Positions 1 to 11,727 of a stretch of 64,000 bases of DNA are shown in pieces. The position numbers and the translations under genes are program-made. Location of the stretch: contig CAJUDH010000004.1 in assembly GCA_910584845.1 (NCBI GenBank), positions 131,734 to 195,733 on the forward strand, read 5' to 3'. The notes beneath the pieces are model-generated. The model had not been told where the DNA came from. It made no database searches and was given only the letters and a program-made list of their open reading frames with translations. Position 1 is the first letter of the stretch, and every line of letters starts with the position of its first letter. This DNA comes from an uncultured Lachnospiraceae bacterium. Its GTDB lineage: Bacteria; Bacillota; Clostridia; Lachnospirales; Lachnospiraceae.

Positions 1-44
1 ATCCCTTATAAATCCATGGAAAAGGGCCGCCTTATGGAACAAAA

Positions 45-219
45 ATCCTCCGTGGTTAAAAGGGCGCACGGTTTCGCGCCACAGGGCTACAATCCTGCTG
101 TGCTGCCGCCTTTCAAGGTATGCCTGATACCTGGTTCCAGTGCCTTTGAGGCCCGCAAACCTTAGGCGTAAAACCCCTTGGGCCTTCAGGTGTTGAATTT
201 TGCGGACGGCAAGGAGGCA
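45..219 (-). ncRNA. ssrS: Putative 6S RNA (SsrS)
   Basis: About 175 nt, non-coding. Ends pair (CCTCCTTG...CACGGAGG on the minus strand). Internal GGAACCAGGTATCAGG...GGCGGC resembles 6S motifs. A TGnTATAAT lies on the minus strand at ~327-335. Recognised by eye; no covariance model run. Confidence 0.55.
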
Positions 220-535
220 AAGGGGGGGGCGCCGGATGGTCCACCCATGGGCGGTAACGCCGCCGGCTGCCAAAAAGCGGCGCTCAATGCGGGCGTTTCT
301 TTGCCTACGGAGGGTATTTATGGAAATTATACCATAGATGTAAAAAGAAAGGAATAATAGTTTGCCGATCAGGAGAAAAATGGATTTAATAAAAATGAAA
401 TAGATTTGTAACAATATCACTGTGGAAATAGATAAAAACTAAAAGAATATTTGACTGTTGTCGGAAGTAATAAATAAAAACAATCCATTTCCAAAAAATG
501 CAGATGTGAGATGTCACAAAAATATTAAATATATA

Positions 536-565
536 TTGACTTTTGCAATGGAATCCCACTATAAT
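536..565 (+). promoter_or_regulatory. Sigma-A-like promoter in an AT-rich region upstream of the cell wall hydrolase
   Basis: TTGACT(536-541)-18 bp-TATAAT(560-565). Confidence 0.55.
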
Positions 566-799
566 ACCAAAAAGAATTTAAAAATAAATTAATTTTGGGA
601 TTTGATTCTTTTTTTCTACAAAAAATGAGAAAAATATGGGAATCAATGGTTATCCGGTAGGCATTAGGAAAAAATTTGACGCCAGCGGCCCCTTTTTTTA
701 CGGGGCGGGATTTCTCCGGTGGCGTGCTGTTTTATGGATCCGGTTTTGCCTAGGCAGGTATGTGTTTGCCGTGGCCGGAGAAGAAAGAGAGGTGCAAGT

Positions 800-1519
800 A
801 TGAAAAATGGGAGGAGAATGCCCTATGGGCGGTTTTCTGTTTTCTATTCTATAGGGGCATTTTTGGCGGCTTTCCTGATATGGGCAGCCGCGGGGTGGAC
901 GGTAAGCGAAAGGGCCATACTGACGGTATATGCCAGGGGGCCGTTTGTATTTGAGGATGGGGGGGATTTACAAAAAGGCCAGGAATTGGCGGGAACCACC
1001 ATGGCGAAAGAAGCGCTGGCCAGGAGGGGGGCCTGGGAAGAACGCAGGGAGCATATCCGGCAGGCGAAAGAGGCAACCCAGGCCATCGAGGAAGAACGGG
1101 GGAAGAAGGAAGAAGACGAGGCCAGGAGGGCTTCTTCCATTATCAGCTATTCCCAAAAAGATTATGAGGTATTAAAGCGGATTGTTGAGGCGGAGGCCGG
1201 GATATGCGACACAAAAGGGAGGATTTTGGTGGCCAATGTAATTATCAACCGGGTAAAAAGCGGGCAGTTCCCGGACACAATCACCGACGTGGTATACCAG
1301 AAATCCCAGTTTTCCCCTGTGGGGAACGGCAGTTTGGATTCCTGTACGGTAACGCCGGAGACGACGGAGGCTGTAAACCGGGCCTTGGCCGGTGAAGATT
1401 ATTCCCAGGGGGCCTTGTATTTTATGAACCGGGGAGGCTCTAAAAAAAGTAACATAAGCTGGTTCGACCAGAGCCTGACCTATCTATTCCAGCACGACCG
1501 GCATGAATTTTTTAAGTAA
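800..1519 (+). CDS. Cell wall hydrolase, SleB/Hydrolase_2 family, with N-terminal TM anchor
   Basis: LKRIVEAEAG...VANVIINRVKSGQFPDTITDVVYQ.SQFSPV...GALYF motifs; ATG 800 after AGAGG. Confidence 0.88.
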   Translation: MKNGRRMPYGRFSVFYSIGAFLAAFLIWAAAGWTVSERAILTVYARGPFVFEDGGDLQKGQELAGTTMAKEALARRGAWEERREHIRQAKEATQAIEEERGKKEEDEARRASSIISYSQKDYEVLKRIVEAEAGICDTKGRILVANVIINRVKSGQFPDTITDVVYQKSQFSPVGNGSLDSCTVTPETTEAVNRALAGEDYSQGALYFMNRGGSKKSNISWFDQSLTYLFQHDRHEFFK

Positions 1520-1862
1520 GGGTTCCCCGCCGGCCCTTTTTAAGGCAACGGCATTTATGTATTGATATGGAGCGCCTCGGCAGGTGTGGCTTTTGCACCT
1601 GGCCGGGGCGTTTTCCGGGTTGGGAAAAGCTGCGGCTTTGTATCCGGTGCCTCCCAAACGCTGCGGGGCGCGGAAACGGCGCCCGTGGGTTCCCTTCCTG
1701 GTTTCCATAAAGGTACCGCATAAAAACGGGGAAAGCAGCAGACACTATGGAGGCGGGGCAAGGGTAAGGCGGATGCCAGGGGTTTTGTTTTTACCGGGGA
1801 AGGTTTGCCGCTTATCCGTAAAAACAGCGTAATAAAATGCAATATTTTCTTAAGATTTGTCA

Positions 1863-1891
1863 TTGACTTTTATTTCACGAAATGAGATAAT
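1863..1891 (+). promoter_or_regulatory. Sigma-A-like promoter of pckA
   Basis: TTGACT-17 bp-GATAAT. Confidence 0.5.
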
Positions 1892-1952
1892 AAAGAAGAG
1901 TTTTTCTTTCATAATGAAGTTCTACTTGAAATTAGTTAAGGAGGATGTTGAA

Positions 1953-3650
1953 ATGGCGACAAAAGCGTATTACCCAGTCAGTGAGATTGGCAAAGGAAAG
2001 GCCGGTTTTTCCAAGACCAGATCTATTATTGAAGCTGCTTTTTATGGGAATAATGTAGTAAAAGTGAACACCCTGAAGGAAGCATACGAGTTGGCGAAAA
2101 ACTCCCCAGGCACCATTGTGACCGATATGCCGGTTTACAGGGGCGAGGAGTTTGGCCTGGAAAAAGATGCCAAGGTCCTGCTGTTTAACGATGGCGCGAT
2201 CACCGGCCGTTATGCCACCGCCCGCCGGATTGCCGGGGAGCCTGGGGTGGACTGCAATGCCCTGGATATCGTTGCCATGGACGCAGTATACGAGTCCCGT
2301 TGGAAAACCATGTACCATGCGGAAGTCTTTGTAGGCTTGGATCCGGAATTCATGGTTAAGGCACACTTGCTGATTCCCGAGGGCGAAGAAAATATTATGT
2401 ACAACTGGATGCTGAATTTCCAGTACATGTCTGACGAGTATGTAAAGATGTACCGGGATTCCAAATCCGTAGGCGATGGGAAAGAAGCGGATATTTATAT
2501 TTTCTCCGATCCCCAGTGGACCGGTTCCGACCGCCCCAACGTATCCTTGGACTGCCTCTCTGACCCACAGAAAAAGACCCTGTGCTATTTCAACACAGAA
2601 ACCAACTGTGCCTGCATTTTGGGTATGAGATATTTTGGCGAACATAAAAAAGGGACTTTGACCATGGCTTGGGCCATTGCCAACCGCAACGGCTATGCTT
2701 CCTGCCATGGCGGGCAGAAAGAGTACTCCCTGGCTGACGGCAGCAAATATGTGGCATCCGTTTACGGGCTGTCCGGTTCCGGCAAGTCCACCCTGACCCA
2801 TGCAAAACATGGCGGCAAATACGAGATTAAGGTCCTTCATGACGACGCATTTATTATTAATACCGATACTTGTGCCTCCATCGCTTTAGAGCCCACATAT
2901 TTTGACAAGACCGCAGACTATCCTACCGGATGCGACGACAATAAATATCTGTTGACGGCCCAAAACTGCTCGGCTACCCTGGATGACGAGGGCAAATTGC
3001 AGCTGGTGACCGAGGACATCCGCAACGGCAACGGCCGCGCCATTAAGTCAAAATTGTGGTCCCCGAACCGTGTGGACAAGATTGATGCCCCGGTTAACGC
3101 GATTTTCTGGATCATGAAGGATCCTACCATCCCGCCGGTAGTGAAGTTAAAAGGCGCTTCCTTGGCTTCCGTCATGGGCGCAACCCTGGCTACCAAGCGT
3201 TCTTCCGCAGAACGCCTGGCCCCCGGCGTAGACCCCAACAAACTGGTGGTGGTCCCCTATGCCAACCCCTTCCGCACCTATCCTCTGGCCAACGACTATG
3301 AGAAGTTTAAAAAGCTGGTGGAAGAGAAGAACGTTGACTGCTATATCGTCAACACCGGCGATTTCATGGGCAAGAAAGTAAAACCCGCAGATACCTTGGG
3401 CATTCTGGAAGCCATTGTGGAAGGCAAAGCGGATTTCCACAAATGGGGTCCGTTCTCGGATATTGAAATCCTGGATTGGGAAGGTTTTGTGCCGGATATG
3501 AACGATCCGGAATATGTAGGCCAGCTGAAAGCCCGCATGAACGACCGTGTCAACGAGATCAAAGAATTTGCCGTAGCTAAGGAAGGCTATGACAAACTGC
3601 CTGACGACGCCCTGGCCGCTATCCAGAAAGTAGTTGACGAGCTGGGTTGA
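1953..3650 (+). CDS. pckA: Phosphoenolpyruvate carboxykinase (ATP)
   Basis: YFGEHKKG, P-loop GLSGSGKST, LHDD, NGRA; AAGGAGG RBS before ATG 1953. Confidence 0.9.
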   Translation: MATKAYYPVSEIGKGKAGFSKTRSIIEAAFYGNNVVKVNTLKEAYELAKNSPGTIVTDMPVYRGEEFGLEKDAKVLLFNDGAITGRYATARRIAGEPGVDCNALDIVAMDAVYESRWKTMYHAEVFVGLDPEFMVKAHLLIPEGEENIMYNWMLNFQYMSDEYVKMYRDSKSVGDGKEADIYIFSDPQWTGSDRPNVSLDCLSDPQKKTLCYFNTETNCACILGMRYFGEHKKGTLTMAWAIANRNGYASCHGGQKEYSLADGSKYVASVYGLSGSGKSTLTHAKHGGKYEIKVLHDDAFIINTDTCASIALEPTYFDKTADYPTGCDDNKYLLTAQNCSATLDDEGKLQLVTEDIRNGNGRAIKSKLWSPNRVDKIDAPVNAIFWIMKDPTIPPVVKLKGASLASVMGATLATKRSSAERLAPGVDPNKLVVVPYANPFRTYPLANDYEKFKKLVEEKNVDCYIVNTGDFMGKKVKPADTLGILEAIVEGKADFHKWGPFSDIEILDWEGFVPDMNDPEYVGQLKARMNDRVNEIKEFAVAKEGYDKLPDDALAAIQKVVDELG

Positions 3651-3702
3651 ACGGACGCAAAAAGAAGTTAAACTTATAGAAAAGTTATTTGATTTTTATG
3701 GT

Positions 3703-3742
3703 AGGAAACCGGGAGTCTTAGGATTCCCGGTTTCCCGATTTT
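3703..3742 (+). terminator. Hairpin terminator after pckA
   Basis: GGAAACCGGGA...TCCCGGTTTCC inverted repeat followed by a short T run. Confidence 0.55.
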
Positions 3743-3813
3743 CAACAGGCCGGGACATTACGGCTTTCGGACGGACCTGAAAGCTGACGGACATGGCCCG
3801 CTTGGAGGAGGAT

Positions 3814-4467
3814 ATGAAGAAAAGATATGTGCTGTTTGATTTAGACGGGACCTTGACCGATTCCCAGGAGGGGATCATCCACTCCATTGAATATACGTTA
3901 AAGCATTACGGGATCCTTGTAGAGGACCGAAGCCAACTATATCCCTGGCTGGGGCCGCCCCTGAAGGACAGCCTTATGAAGTATTACGGCTTTGGCCAGG
4001 CGGAAGCACTGGAGGGCGTGGAAAAGTACCGGGAATATTTTGACCGGAAGGGGATCTTTGAGAATCAGGTTTACCCGGGAGTCCCCCAAATGTTAAAAGG
4101 ATTAAAAGGGCAGGGATATCGGGTGGCCTTGGCTACGTCAAAGCCGGAAGTGGCGGCAATACGGATTTTAGAGCACTTTGAATTGTCAGAATATTTCGAC
4201 TTTATAGGCGGGGCTACCCTGGATGACAGCCGGGTAAAGAAAGCGGATGTGATCGCCTATGTACTGGAGGCCTGCGGCGTTGCAAAACCCGGACAGGCGG
4301 TTATGGTGGGGGACCGGGAACATGACATATATGGGGCAAAAAAGAACGGATTGGAAAGTATTGGCGTGCTTTATGGTTATGGCAGCTTTGAAGAGTTGAA
4401 ACAAGCCGGGGCGGATTACCTGGCAGGGCAGCCAAAAGATATTCCACGGTTTTTGGGCGTTTCCTGA
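3814..4467 (+). CDS. HAD-IA hydrolase (phosphoglycolate phosphatase/5'-nucleotidase-like)
   Basis: FDLDGTLTDS motif I, ATSK, VMVGDREHD; GGAGG RBS. Confidence 0.88.
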   Translation: MKKRYVLFDLDGTLTDSQEGIIHSIEYTLKHYGILVEDRSQLYPWLGPPLKDSLMKYYGFGQAEALEGVEKYREYFDRKGIFENQVYPGVPQMLKGLKGQGYRVALATSKPEVAAIRILEHFELSEYFDFIGGATLDDSRVKKADVIAYVLEACGVAKPGQAVMVGDREHDIYGAKKNGLESIGVLYGYGSFEELKQAGADYLAGQPKDIPRFLGVS

Positions 4468-4508
4468 AAATCTTGGCGTTTTGGCCTAATGGAAAGGATG
4501 GTGGCAGG

Positions 4509-5015
4509 ATGTTTGAAAGAGGCGAATACATTGTGTATGGGAACTCAGGCGTGTGTCAGGTGGAGGATATTACGACTATGGACATGAAAGGGGTACCCAG
4601 GGATCGTTTGTTTTACGTTCTGGCTCCGTCGGGCCAGAAAGGCGGGAAAATATTTACGCCTGTGGAAAACGGAAAAACTCGGATGCGCCCGGTACTTACC
4701 CAGGAGGAGGCGTCCAGGCTGATTGACCAGATCCCGGAGATTGAGGAGCTATGGATTGCCAACGAAAAGCTTCGGGAAGCCCAGTATAAAGAGTGCATGA
4801 AGTCTTGTGACTGCAAGGAGTGGGTGAAAATTATCAAGACTTTATACATGCGAAAGAAACAGCGCACTTCCCAGGGGAAGAAAATTACCACTACGGATGA
4901 AAAATATTTGCACATGGCAGAAAGCTACCTCTACTCGGAGTTGGAGATCCCCCTTGGGATACCCAAAGAAAAAATGGAGGAGTACATTACGGAACGGATC
5001 GGAAAAAACAGATAG
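4509..5015 (+). CDS. carD: CarD family transcription factor
   Basis: MFERGEYIVYGNSGVCQVEDI N-terminus and C-terminal DEKYL..AE..L.SE. Confidence 0.85.
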   Translation: MFERGEYIVYGNSGVCQVEDITTMDMKGVPRDRLFYVLAPSGQKGGKIFTPVENGKTRMRPVLTQEEASRLIDQIPEIEELWIANEKLREAQYKECMKSCDCKEWVKIIKTLYMRKKQRTSQGKKITTTDEKYLHMAESYLYSELEIPLGIPKEKMEEYITERIGKNR

Positions 5016-5038
5016 AAACAAAACGCTTACCATATCAA

Positions 5039-5077
5039 TATCCGGCAAAACAGGCTGCCATCCGTTTTGCCGGATAT
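5039..5077. terminator. Hairpin between convergent carD and pyrI
   Basis: TATCCGGCAAAAC...GTTTTGCCGGATA inverted repeat. Confidence 0.55.
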
Positions 5078-5109
5078 AGGCAAAAAGGCCTTCGGCCATT
5101 TTCTACATC

Positions 5110-5535
5110 TTATTCACTATATTTTTCTTCACAGTAAAGGCACCGGTACAACTCTTTTTTTTCGTCTGCCAGATAGAACACATGGGGCAATTCCTGTTCG
5201 ATGGAAGTGATGCAGCGGGGGTTTTTGCACTTAATTACGTTGGTGATTTTTTTGGGCAGTTTTAGCCGCTTTTTCTCCACAATTTTATTGTCTTTGATAA
5301 TATTGACTGTGATGTTGTGGTCAATATAGCCCAGGATTTCCAGGTCTAAATTTTCCAAAGGCTCTTCAATTTTGATAATGTCTTTGCGCCCCATTTTGTT
5401 GCTGCGGGCATTTTTGATGATGGCTACTTGGCATTCCAGCTTGTCCAGCCCTAAATGGTAGTAAATATCCAGGCTCCTGCCGGCTTCAATATGGTCCAGG
5501 ACAATCCCTTTTTGTAATCCGCTGATATTTAACAT
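5110..5535 (-). CDS. pyrI: Aspartate carbamoyltransferase regulatory subunit
   Basis: GIVLDHI, KDIIKIE, zinc motif CKNPRCIT...YRCLYCE; overlaps the pyrB stop. Confidence 0.93.
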   Translation of the reverse strand: MLNISGLQKGIVLDHIEAGRSLDIYYHLGLDKLECQVAIIKNARSNKMGRKDIIKIEEPLENLDLEILGYIDHNITVNIIKDNKIVEKKRLKLPKKITNVIKCKNPRCITSIEQELPHVFYLADEKKELYRCLYCEEKYSE

Positions 5536-6452
5536 GGCTTTTCCACCTCCAATAATGTCATGATTAAGGCCATCCTCACATAGACGCCGTATTGTACTTG
5601 CTTAAAATAGGCGGCCCTGGGGTCTTTGTCCACCTCTATGGAAATTTCGTTGACCCGGGGAAGGGGATGGAGGACATACATATCCTTTTTGGCCAGCTTC
5701 ATTTTCTTTTTGTCCAGGATATAGCAATCTTTTAGGCGGATATAATCATCTTCGTTGAAGAACCGTTCCCGCTGGACACGGGTCATGTAAAGGATATCTA
5801 ATTTGGACATGGCTTCGTCCAAGCTGTTGACTTCTTCAAATTGAATATGGTTTGCCTTTAACACATCTTCCCGGATATAGCTGGGAACCTTCAGCTCATC
5901 GGGTGAGATCAATACAAAACGGATATCCGGGTAGCGGACCATGGCGTTGATCAGGGAGTGGACGGTGCGGCCGAATTTCAAGTCGCCGCAAAGGCCTACG
6001 GTCATGCTGCTTAAACGCCCCTTCAGGGCGCGGATGGTCAACAGGTCGGTCAAAGTTTGGGTCGGGTGCTGGTGGCCGCCGTCCCCGGCATTGATTATGG
6101 GGATACTGGCGTGCTGGGCGGCAACTAAGGCGGCGCCTTCCTTGGGGTGGCGCATAGCGGCTATGTCGGCATAGCAGGAAATCACCCGGATTGTGTCGGC
6201 TACGCTTTCCCCTTTGCTGGCGGAACTGGAATCAGCCGAAGAAAAACCAAGTACGCTGCCTCCGAGATTTAACATCGCGGATTCAAAACTGAGGCGGGTG
6301 CGGGTACTTGGTTCATAAAAAAGGGTCGCTAATTTTTTGCCGTCACAAACGTGGGCGTATTGGTCAAGGCGGTGTTCCATGTCCGTAGCGAGGGCTAACA
6401 GCCGGTCAATCTCTTCTACTGAAAAATCAAGAGGATTTAACATGTGTCTCAT
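5529..6452 (-). CDS. pyrB: Aspartate carbamoyltransferase catalytic subunit
   Basis: [31 protein letters not shown]. Confidence 0.96.
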   Translation of the reverse strand: MRHMLNPLDFSVEEIDRLLALATDMEHRLDQYAHVCDGKKLATLFYEPSTRTRLSFESAMLNLGGSVLGFSSADSSSASKGESVADTIRVISCYADIAAMRHPKEGAALVAAQHASIPIINAGDGGHQHPTQTLTDLLTIRALKGRLSSMTVGLCGDLKFGRTVHSLINAMVRYPDIRFVLISPDELKVPSYIREDVLKANHIQFEEVNSLDEAMSKLDILYMTRVQRERFFNEDDYIRLKDCYILDKKKMKLAKKDMYVLHPLPRVNEISIEVDKDPRAAYFKQVQYGVYVRMALIMTLLEVEKPC

Positions 6453-6883
6453 ATCGGTTCTCCTTTAATGCTTAATCTCTTGTTTCTGGTTTCCGGATTT
6501 ATTATAGCTGATTCTTCCGTAGATTTCCAGTAGATTTTAAAGTGGAAAAAGAGAAAATTGCGGTTATTGGCCCCCCTCTTTGTCCATGGCGGATAACCTT
6601 GGCGGCTTTCTGGTTTTTCCGATTGATCCGTTTTAAAGAATCTTCAGAAATAATTTAAAGATAGTTAAGGAATTTGTGGTAAAATAAAATATCTTAGTTT
6701 GGTATGGCATAAGCGGAGCCGGAACAGAAAGAAAATAAATTATTAGTGGAAGCCTTTTTATACAAGGAAGCTGCCGCAAAATCCAATGGTTTGCAGGAAT
6801 GTAAGGGCGGAAAACGGCTGTTGCTGTGGGAAACCGAAGGCGGGCCTTTGGGCGCCTGTGATGTTTTCGGCTTTTGATGTTAG

Positions 6884-8455
<1,572 letters not shown>

Positions 8456-8503
8456 AACCGGTTGGGGCCCTGCGTCAAAATGACCGGGTATGGGGAGGCC
8501 AAA

Positions 8504-8767
8504 ATGAAAGAAAAATGGAGAAATAGATTGGTTCAGGCGGACCATGCAGTAATCCTGGCCGGTTTGGCCCTGCTGTCGATAGGTTTATATTATTGTGTCA
8601 TAAAGGCAGGGATCCCCTTTCATGACGCGCCTTTAGAACTGCGGATCAGGTATGCCATCCATATGGAAGTTGGAGAAGTGCTGGTAAAAAGCGGATTTTT
8701 GTTTGCTATAGGGGGCGGCATAGGACGTCTGGCTTTGTGGCTGTCCGGGGTAAAGAAAAGGTTATGA
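8504..8767 (+). CDS. Small two-TM hypothetical membrane protein
   Basis: GGGGAGG RBS before ATG 8504; two hydrophobic segments. Confidence 0.6.
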   Translation: MKEKWRNRLVQADHAVILAGLALLSIGLYYCVIKAGIPFHDAPLELRIRYAIHMEVGEVLVKSGFLFAIGGGIGRLALWLSGVKKRL

Positions 8768-8850
8768 CCCCGGAAAAGGACGGCATACGAAATTTGTTGC
8801 CGCATCCATACACAAAGCCGTAGCAGCTACTGTTTCAATACAGAAGGGGG

Positions 8851-10764
8851 ATGGCAGGGATAACTATATGGACAATTTTGCAGATAGGGCCTACTACGGA
8901 TAAAAAGAAGATCCGCAAGGCTTATGCAGCCCGGTCGAAAGAAATCCACCCAGAGGAGAAACCGGAAGAATTTAAACTGCTTTACCAGGCATATAAATCA
9001 GCGTTGGCATATGCAGGCGGGGGAAAGGGGGGGAATCCCCCGATTCCCGACGGGGGCCAGGAAGGCCTTAGGCAAAGGGGCGATGTGCCAAATGGCAATA
9101 CGGGAAAGGAATGGGGGGTAGGGGGCAGGGCCGGCAAAGAAAGGCAAGAAAAAGAAAACCAGGAAAAAATGGGCCTCCAAAAAGAAAATGAAGATCAGGG
9201 TAACAGCCTTGGACAGCAGCTCTCAAATCATTTTTCCCATGAACTGGACAGGCAGAAGCTTTTACAGCTTCTGATTGACAATCTGCGCGTCCAATGGGGA
9301 AAGGCTAAATCAGCTTCCCCATTGGACCGGTCCTGGCAGGTATATTTAAGTTCCGAGGATTTTAAAAGGGTCCAATGGTCCCCCCAGGCCATTGATTTTC
9401 TGGGTCAAGAAACACAGCAATATAAAAATACGATGTATTGCGTGTCGGAGGAAGCCGTGCTGGTAGCATTGTGGAAGGCCTATGGCTTTCAGGTAGGCCA
9501 ACAGCCTTCCAAGGCGGGCCGCCTATATGCCAATTTATATACGGTTTTCCTGTTATGGCAAGACAAGCAGCTAAGGCAACAAAAAGAGGAAAAGCAAAAA
9601 AGGAGGAAAAAATGGATCCGGCTGGCCTTTATAGCTGCCGCCTGCGTTGTGCTTCCCTATAAATTGTATGCCGGATTAACAAAGGACCGGCGGTATGTGG
9701 AAGCATATATGGAGGCGGTTTATCCGGGGACCGTTTTTACAAAGCCCCAGAAGATAGGGGCGGCGGATTATTTTTTCTATTCGGAGAGCCACCCGGGAAT
9801 TACCATTACGGCGAAAGTGAGGGGGAGCGGCCCCCACAAAGAAGTGATAGAAGATTATGGCACGAAAATTTTGGAGTATTATTCAGGCCGTTATGGTGCA
9901 AAACTAAAATGGAAGTTCGTAGAGGGAAGCGGGGCTAAGCAGTTAAAGGAATATACCGCTTTTAGCAATACACTGCTAAGATGGGATTTCGGGGAAGGCA
10001 GCGGAAAATCTTTGTTTGCCGATGGGGAATATGTGGCGTATTATCCGGACATCCGGGATGCAGAAACCTTTTCTTCCGCTATCGTAAAGATGCTTCAGGA
10101 GCAAAAGGAGTTGGATTTCGTGGATTCTTTCGGCATCTGTGCCGAAGGCGCCCGGTATCCATTGTCTATGTTGGAAGGAGGGGAGCTTGGGTTCCCCAGG
10201 CCGCAGCATTACCAGGTGGAAGGGCTGGCAGACAGCGGGAAGCTGGCAGAAGACGTCAGGGAAGGGTACATCGACTATATGTTTCATTATGAACCATGGA
10301 ACCTGGCCGGGGAGCAGAAAAAAGCATGGGCGGAAGCATACAAGGCACGGGGCAGGAAATGGGAAGAGGAAGGGGGTGGGTACCGGAAGGAAACCATGGT
10401 CCAAAAAACAAATTCGGAAAAGTTGCCGTATTCGTTTGCATTTGGAAAAACCTATTTCCAGGGCGCCCCTGTGCCGGAAATCGACAAAGCGGAAACAGCA
10501 TTGGATTTGTATATTCCGGTTTATTATTCCGGTGACCATTATGGCGAACCTATGGTTTATAATGCAGAACCGTATATTTCCGTGGGGAATGCTTACCAGC
10601 TTTTGGAAGGCATGGGGACCGATGTAAAGGCGGCGGAGGACGGGAGCGGGTTTACCGTAAAAGACGGGCAGGGGCAGGTCCGCCGGTTTGGGGACGAAGC
10701 AGAGGTAAAGCTGGAAGCGGTGCTGCCGTTGATCCATAGGCGCCTGGCCGCCCCCTATCCATAG
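8851..10764 (+). CDS. J-domain-like (HPE) single-pass membrane protein
   Basis: N-terminal WTILQI.PTTDKKKIRKAYA..SK..HPEEKPEEF..LYQAY; KRRKK followed by a TM at ~aa 256-275; large C-terminal domain. Confidence 0.7.
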   Translation: MAGITIWTILQIGPTTDKKKIRKAYAARSKEIHPEEKPEEFKLLYQAYKSALAYAGGGKGGNPPIPDGGQEGLRQRGDVPNGNTGKEWGVGGRAGKERQEKENQEKMGLQKENEDQGNSLGQQLSNHFSHELDRQKLLQLLIDNLRVQWGKAKSASPLDRSWQVYLSSEDFKRVQWSPQAIDFLGQETQQYKNTMYCVSEEAVLVALWKAYGFQVGQQPSKAGRLYANLYTVFLLWQDKQLRQQKEEKQKRRKKWIRLAFIAAACVVLPYKLYAGLTKDRRYVEAYMEAVYPGTVFTKPQKIGAADYFFYSESHPGITITAKVRGSGPHKEVIEDYGTKILEYYSGRYGAKLKWKFVEGSGAKQLKEYTAFSNTLLRWDFGEGSGKSLFADGEYVAYYPDIRDAETFSSAIVKMLQEQKELDFVDSFGICAEGARYPLSMLEGGELGFPRPQHYQVEGLADSGKLAEDVREGYIDYMFHYEPWNLAGEQKKAWAEAYKARGRKWEEEGGGYRKETMVQKTNSEKLPYSFAFGKTYFQGAPVPEIDKAETALDLYIPVYYSGDHYGEPMVYNAEPYISVGNAYQLLEGMGTDVKAAEDGSGFTVKDGQGQVRRFGDEAEVKLEAVLPLIHRRLAAPYP

Positions 10765-10922
10765 CCTGGTACATAAAGTTTGCCCCATGGCTGCCAGGCA
10801 GGGCTTTCCCGGTAAAAAATGCTTGCAATCCGTACGGAAATAGATTATTATTCCATGCCTTTTGCGGGCCTGCGCCCGAGGGCAGGGACATACAAAACAG
10901 AAAGTGCAAGGAGGATACAGGA

Positions 10923-11642
10923 ATGAAAAAGTTATCATTAGAACAGGAACTGAAAGGGAATGCCTATCCCGGCCGAGGGATTGCCATAGGAAAAACTCCA
11001 AAAGGCACCAAGGCGGTAGCTGCCTATTTTATTATGGGGAGAAGCGAGAACAGCCGGAACCGGATTTTTGTAGAAGACGGGGAAGGGATCCGTACCCAGG
11101 CATTCGACCCTGCCAAGCTAAAAGACCCCAGCCTGATCATCTATGCGCCGGTGCGGGTGCTGGGCAACAAGACGATTGTTACCAATGGGGATCAGACCGA
11201 TACCATCTATGAAGGGATGGATAAACAGCTGACATTTGAACAATCCCTGCGCAGCCGGGAGTTTGAACCGGATGGCCCCAATTACACACCGCGGATCTCC
11301 GGGATTATCCATATCGAAAACGGCAATTACAATTATGCCATGTCCATTTTAAAGAGCAATCATCAAGACCCGTCTTCCTGCTGCCGCTTTACGTTTGCTT
11401 ATGAGAACCCCATAGCGGGGGAAGGGCATTTTATCCATACTTATATGCATGACGGGGATCCGCTCCCTAGTTTTGAGGGGGAGCCGAAGCGGATCGGAGT
11501 CCTGGAAGACATAGATGATTTTACCCGGTCCATCTGGGGCAGCCTCAATGAGGAAAATAAAGTGTCCCTTTTTGTCCGGTATATCGATATTGCCACAGGA
11601 AAGTACGAGAGCAGGACCGTGAATAAAAATTTAGGGATGTAA
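10923..11642 (+). CDS. purO: IMP cyclohydrolase, PurO-type
   Basis: YPGRGI, YFIMGRSENSRNR, VTNGDQTD, EPDGPNYTPRISG. Confidence 0.88.
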   Translation: MKKLSLEQELKGNAYPGRGIAIGKTPKGTKAVAAYFIMGRSENSRNRIFVEDGEGIRTQAFDPAKLKDPSLIIYAPVRVLGNKTIVTNGDQTDTIYEGMDKQLTFEQSLRSREFEPDGPNYTPRISGIIHIENGNYNYAMSILKSNHQDPSSCCRFTFAYENPIAGEGHFIHTYMHDGDPLPSFEGEPKRIGVLEDIDDFTRSIWGSLNEENKVSLFVRYIDIATGKYESRTVNKNLGM

Positions 11643-11727
11643 AGGTTATAACCGGCCTTATAAAGGGATGCTGCGTAAAGCCGGAGGACTGCGCAGGATG
11701 CCGGGGATACCAAAGGGGAGTCGGGGA

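Noticed and set aside
570..720. c-di-AMP riboswitch upstream of the cell wall hydrolase
   Set aside because: Only a GTAGGC fragment matches; core motifs not found
10765..10922. ZTP riboswitch upstream of purO
   Set aside because: Expected from context, but the conserved P1/pseudoknot motifs (GACUGGCG, CGCCUGGG) are absent
9976..11001. 341-aa minus-strand ORF; also 1932-2840, 17112-17921 and 27903-28889
   Set aside because: All overlap well-supported genes on the opposite strand and lack recognisable domains
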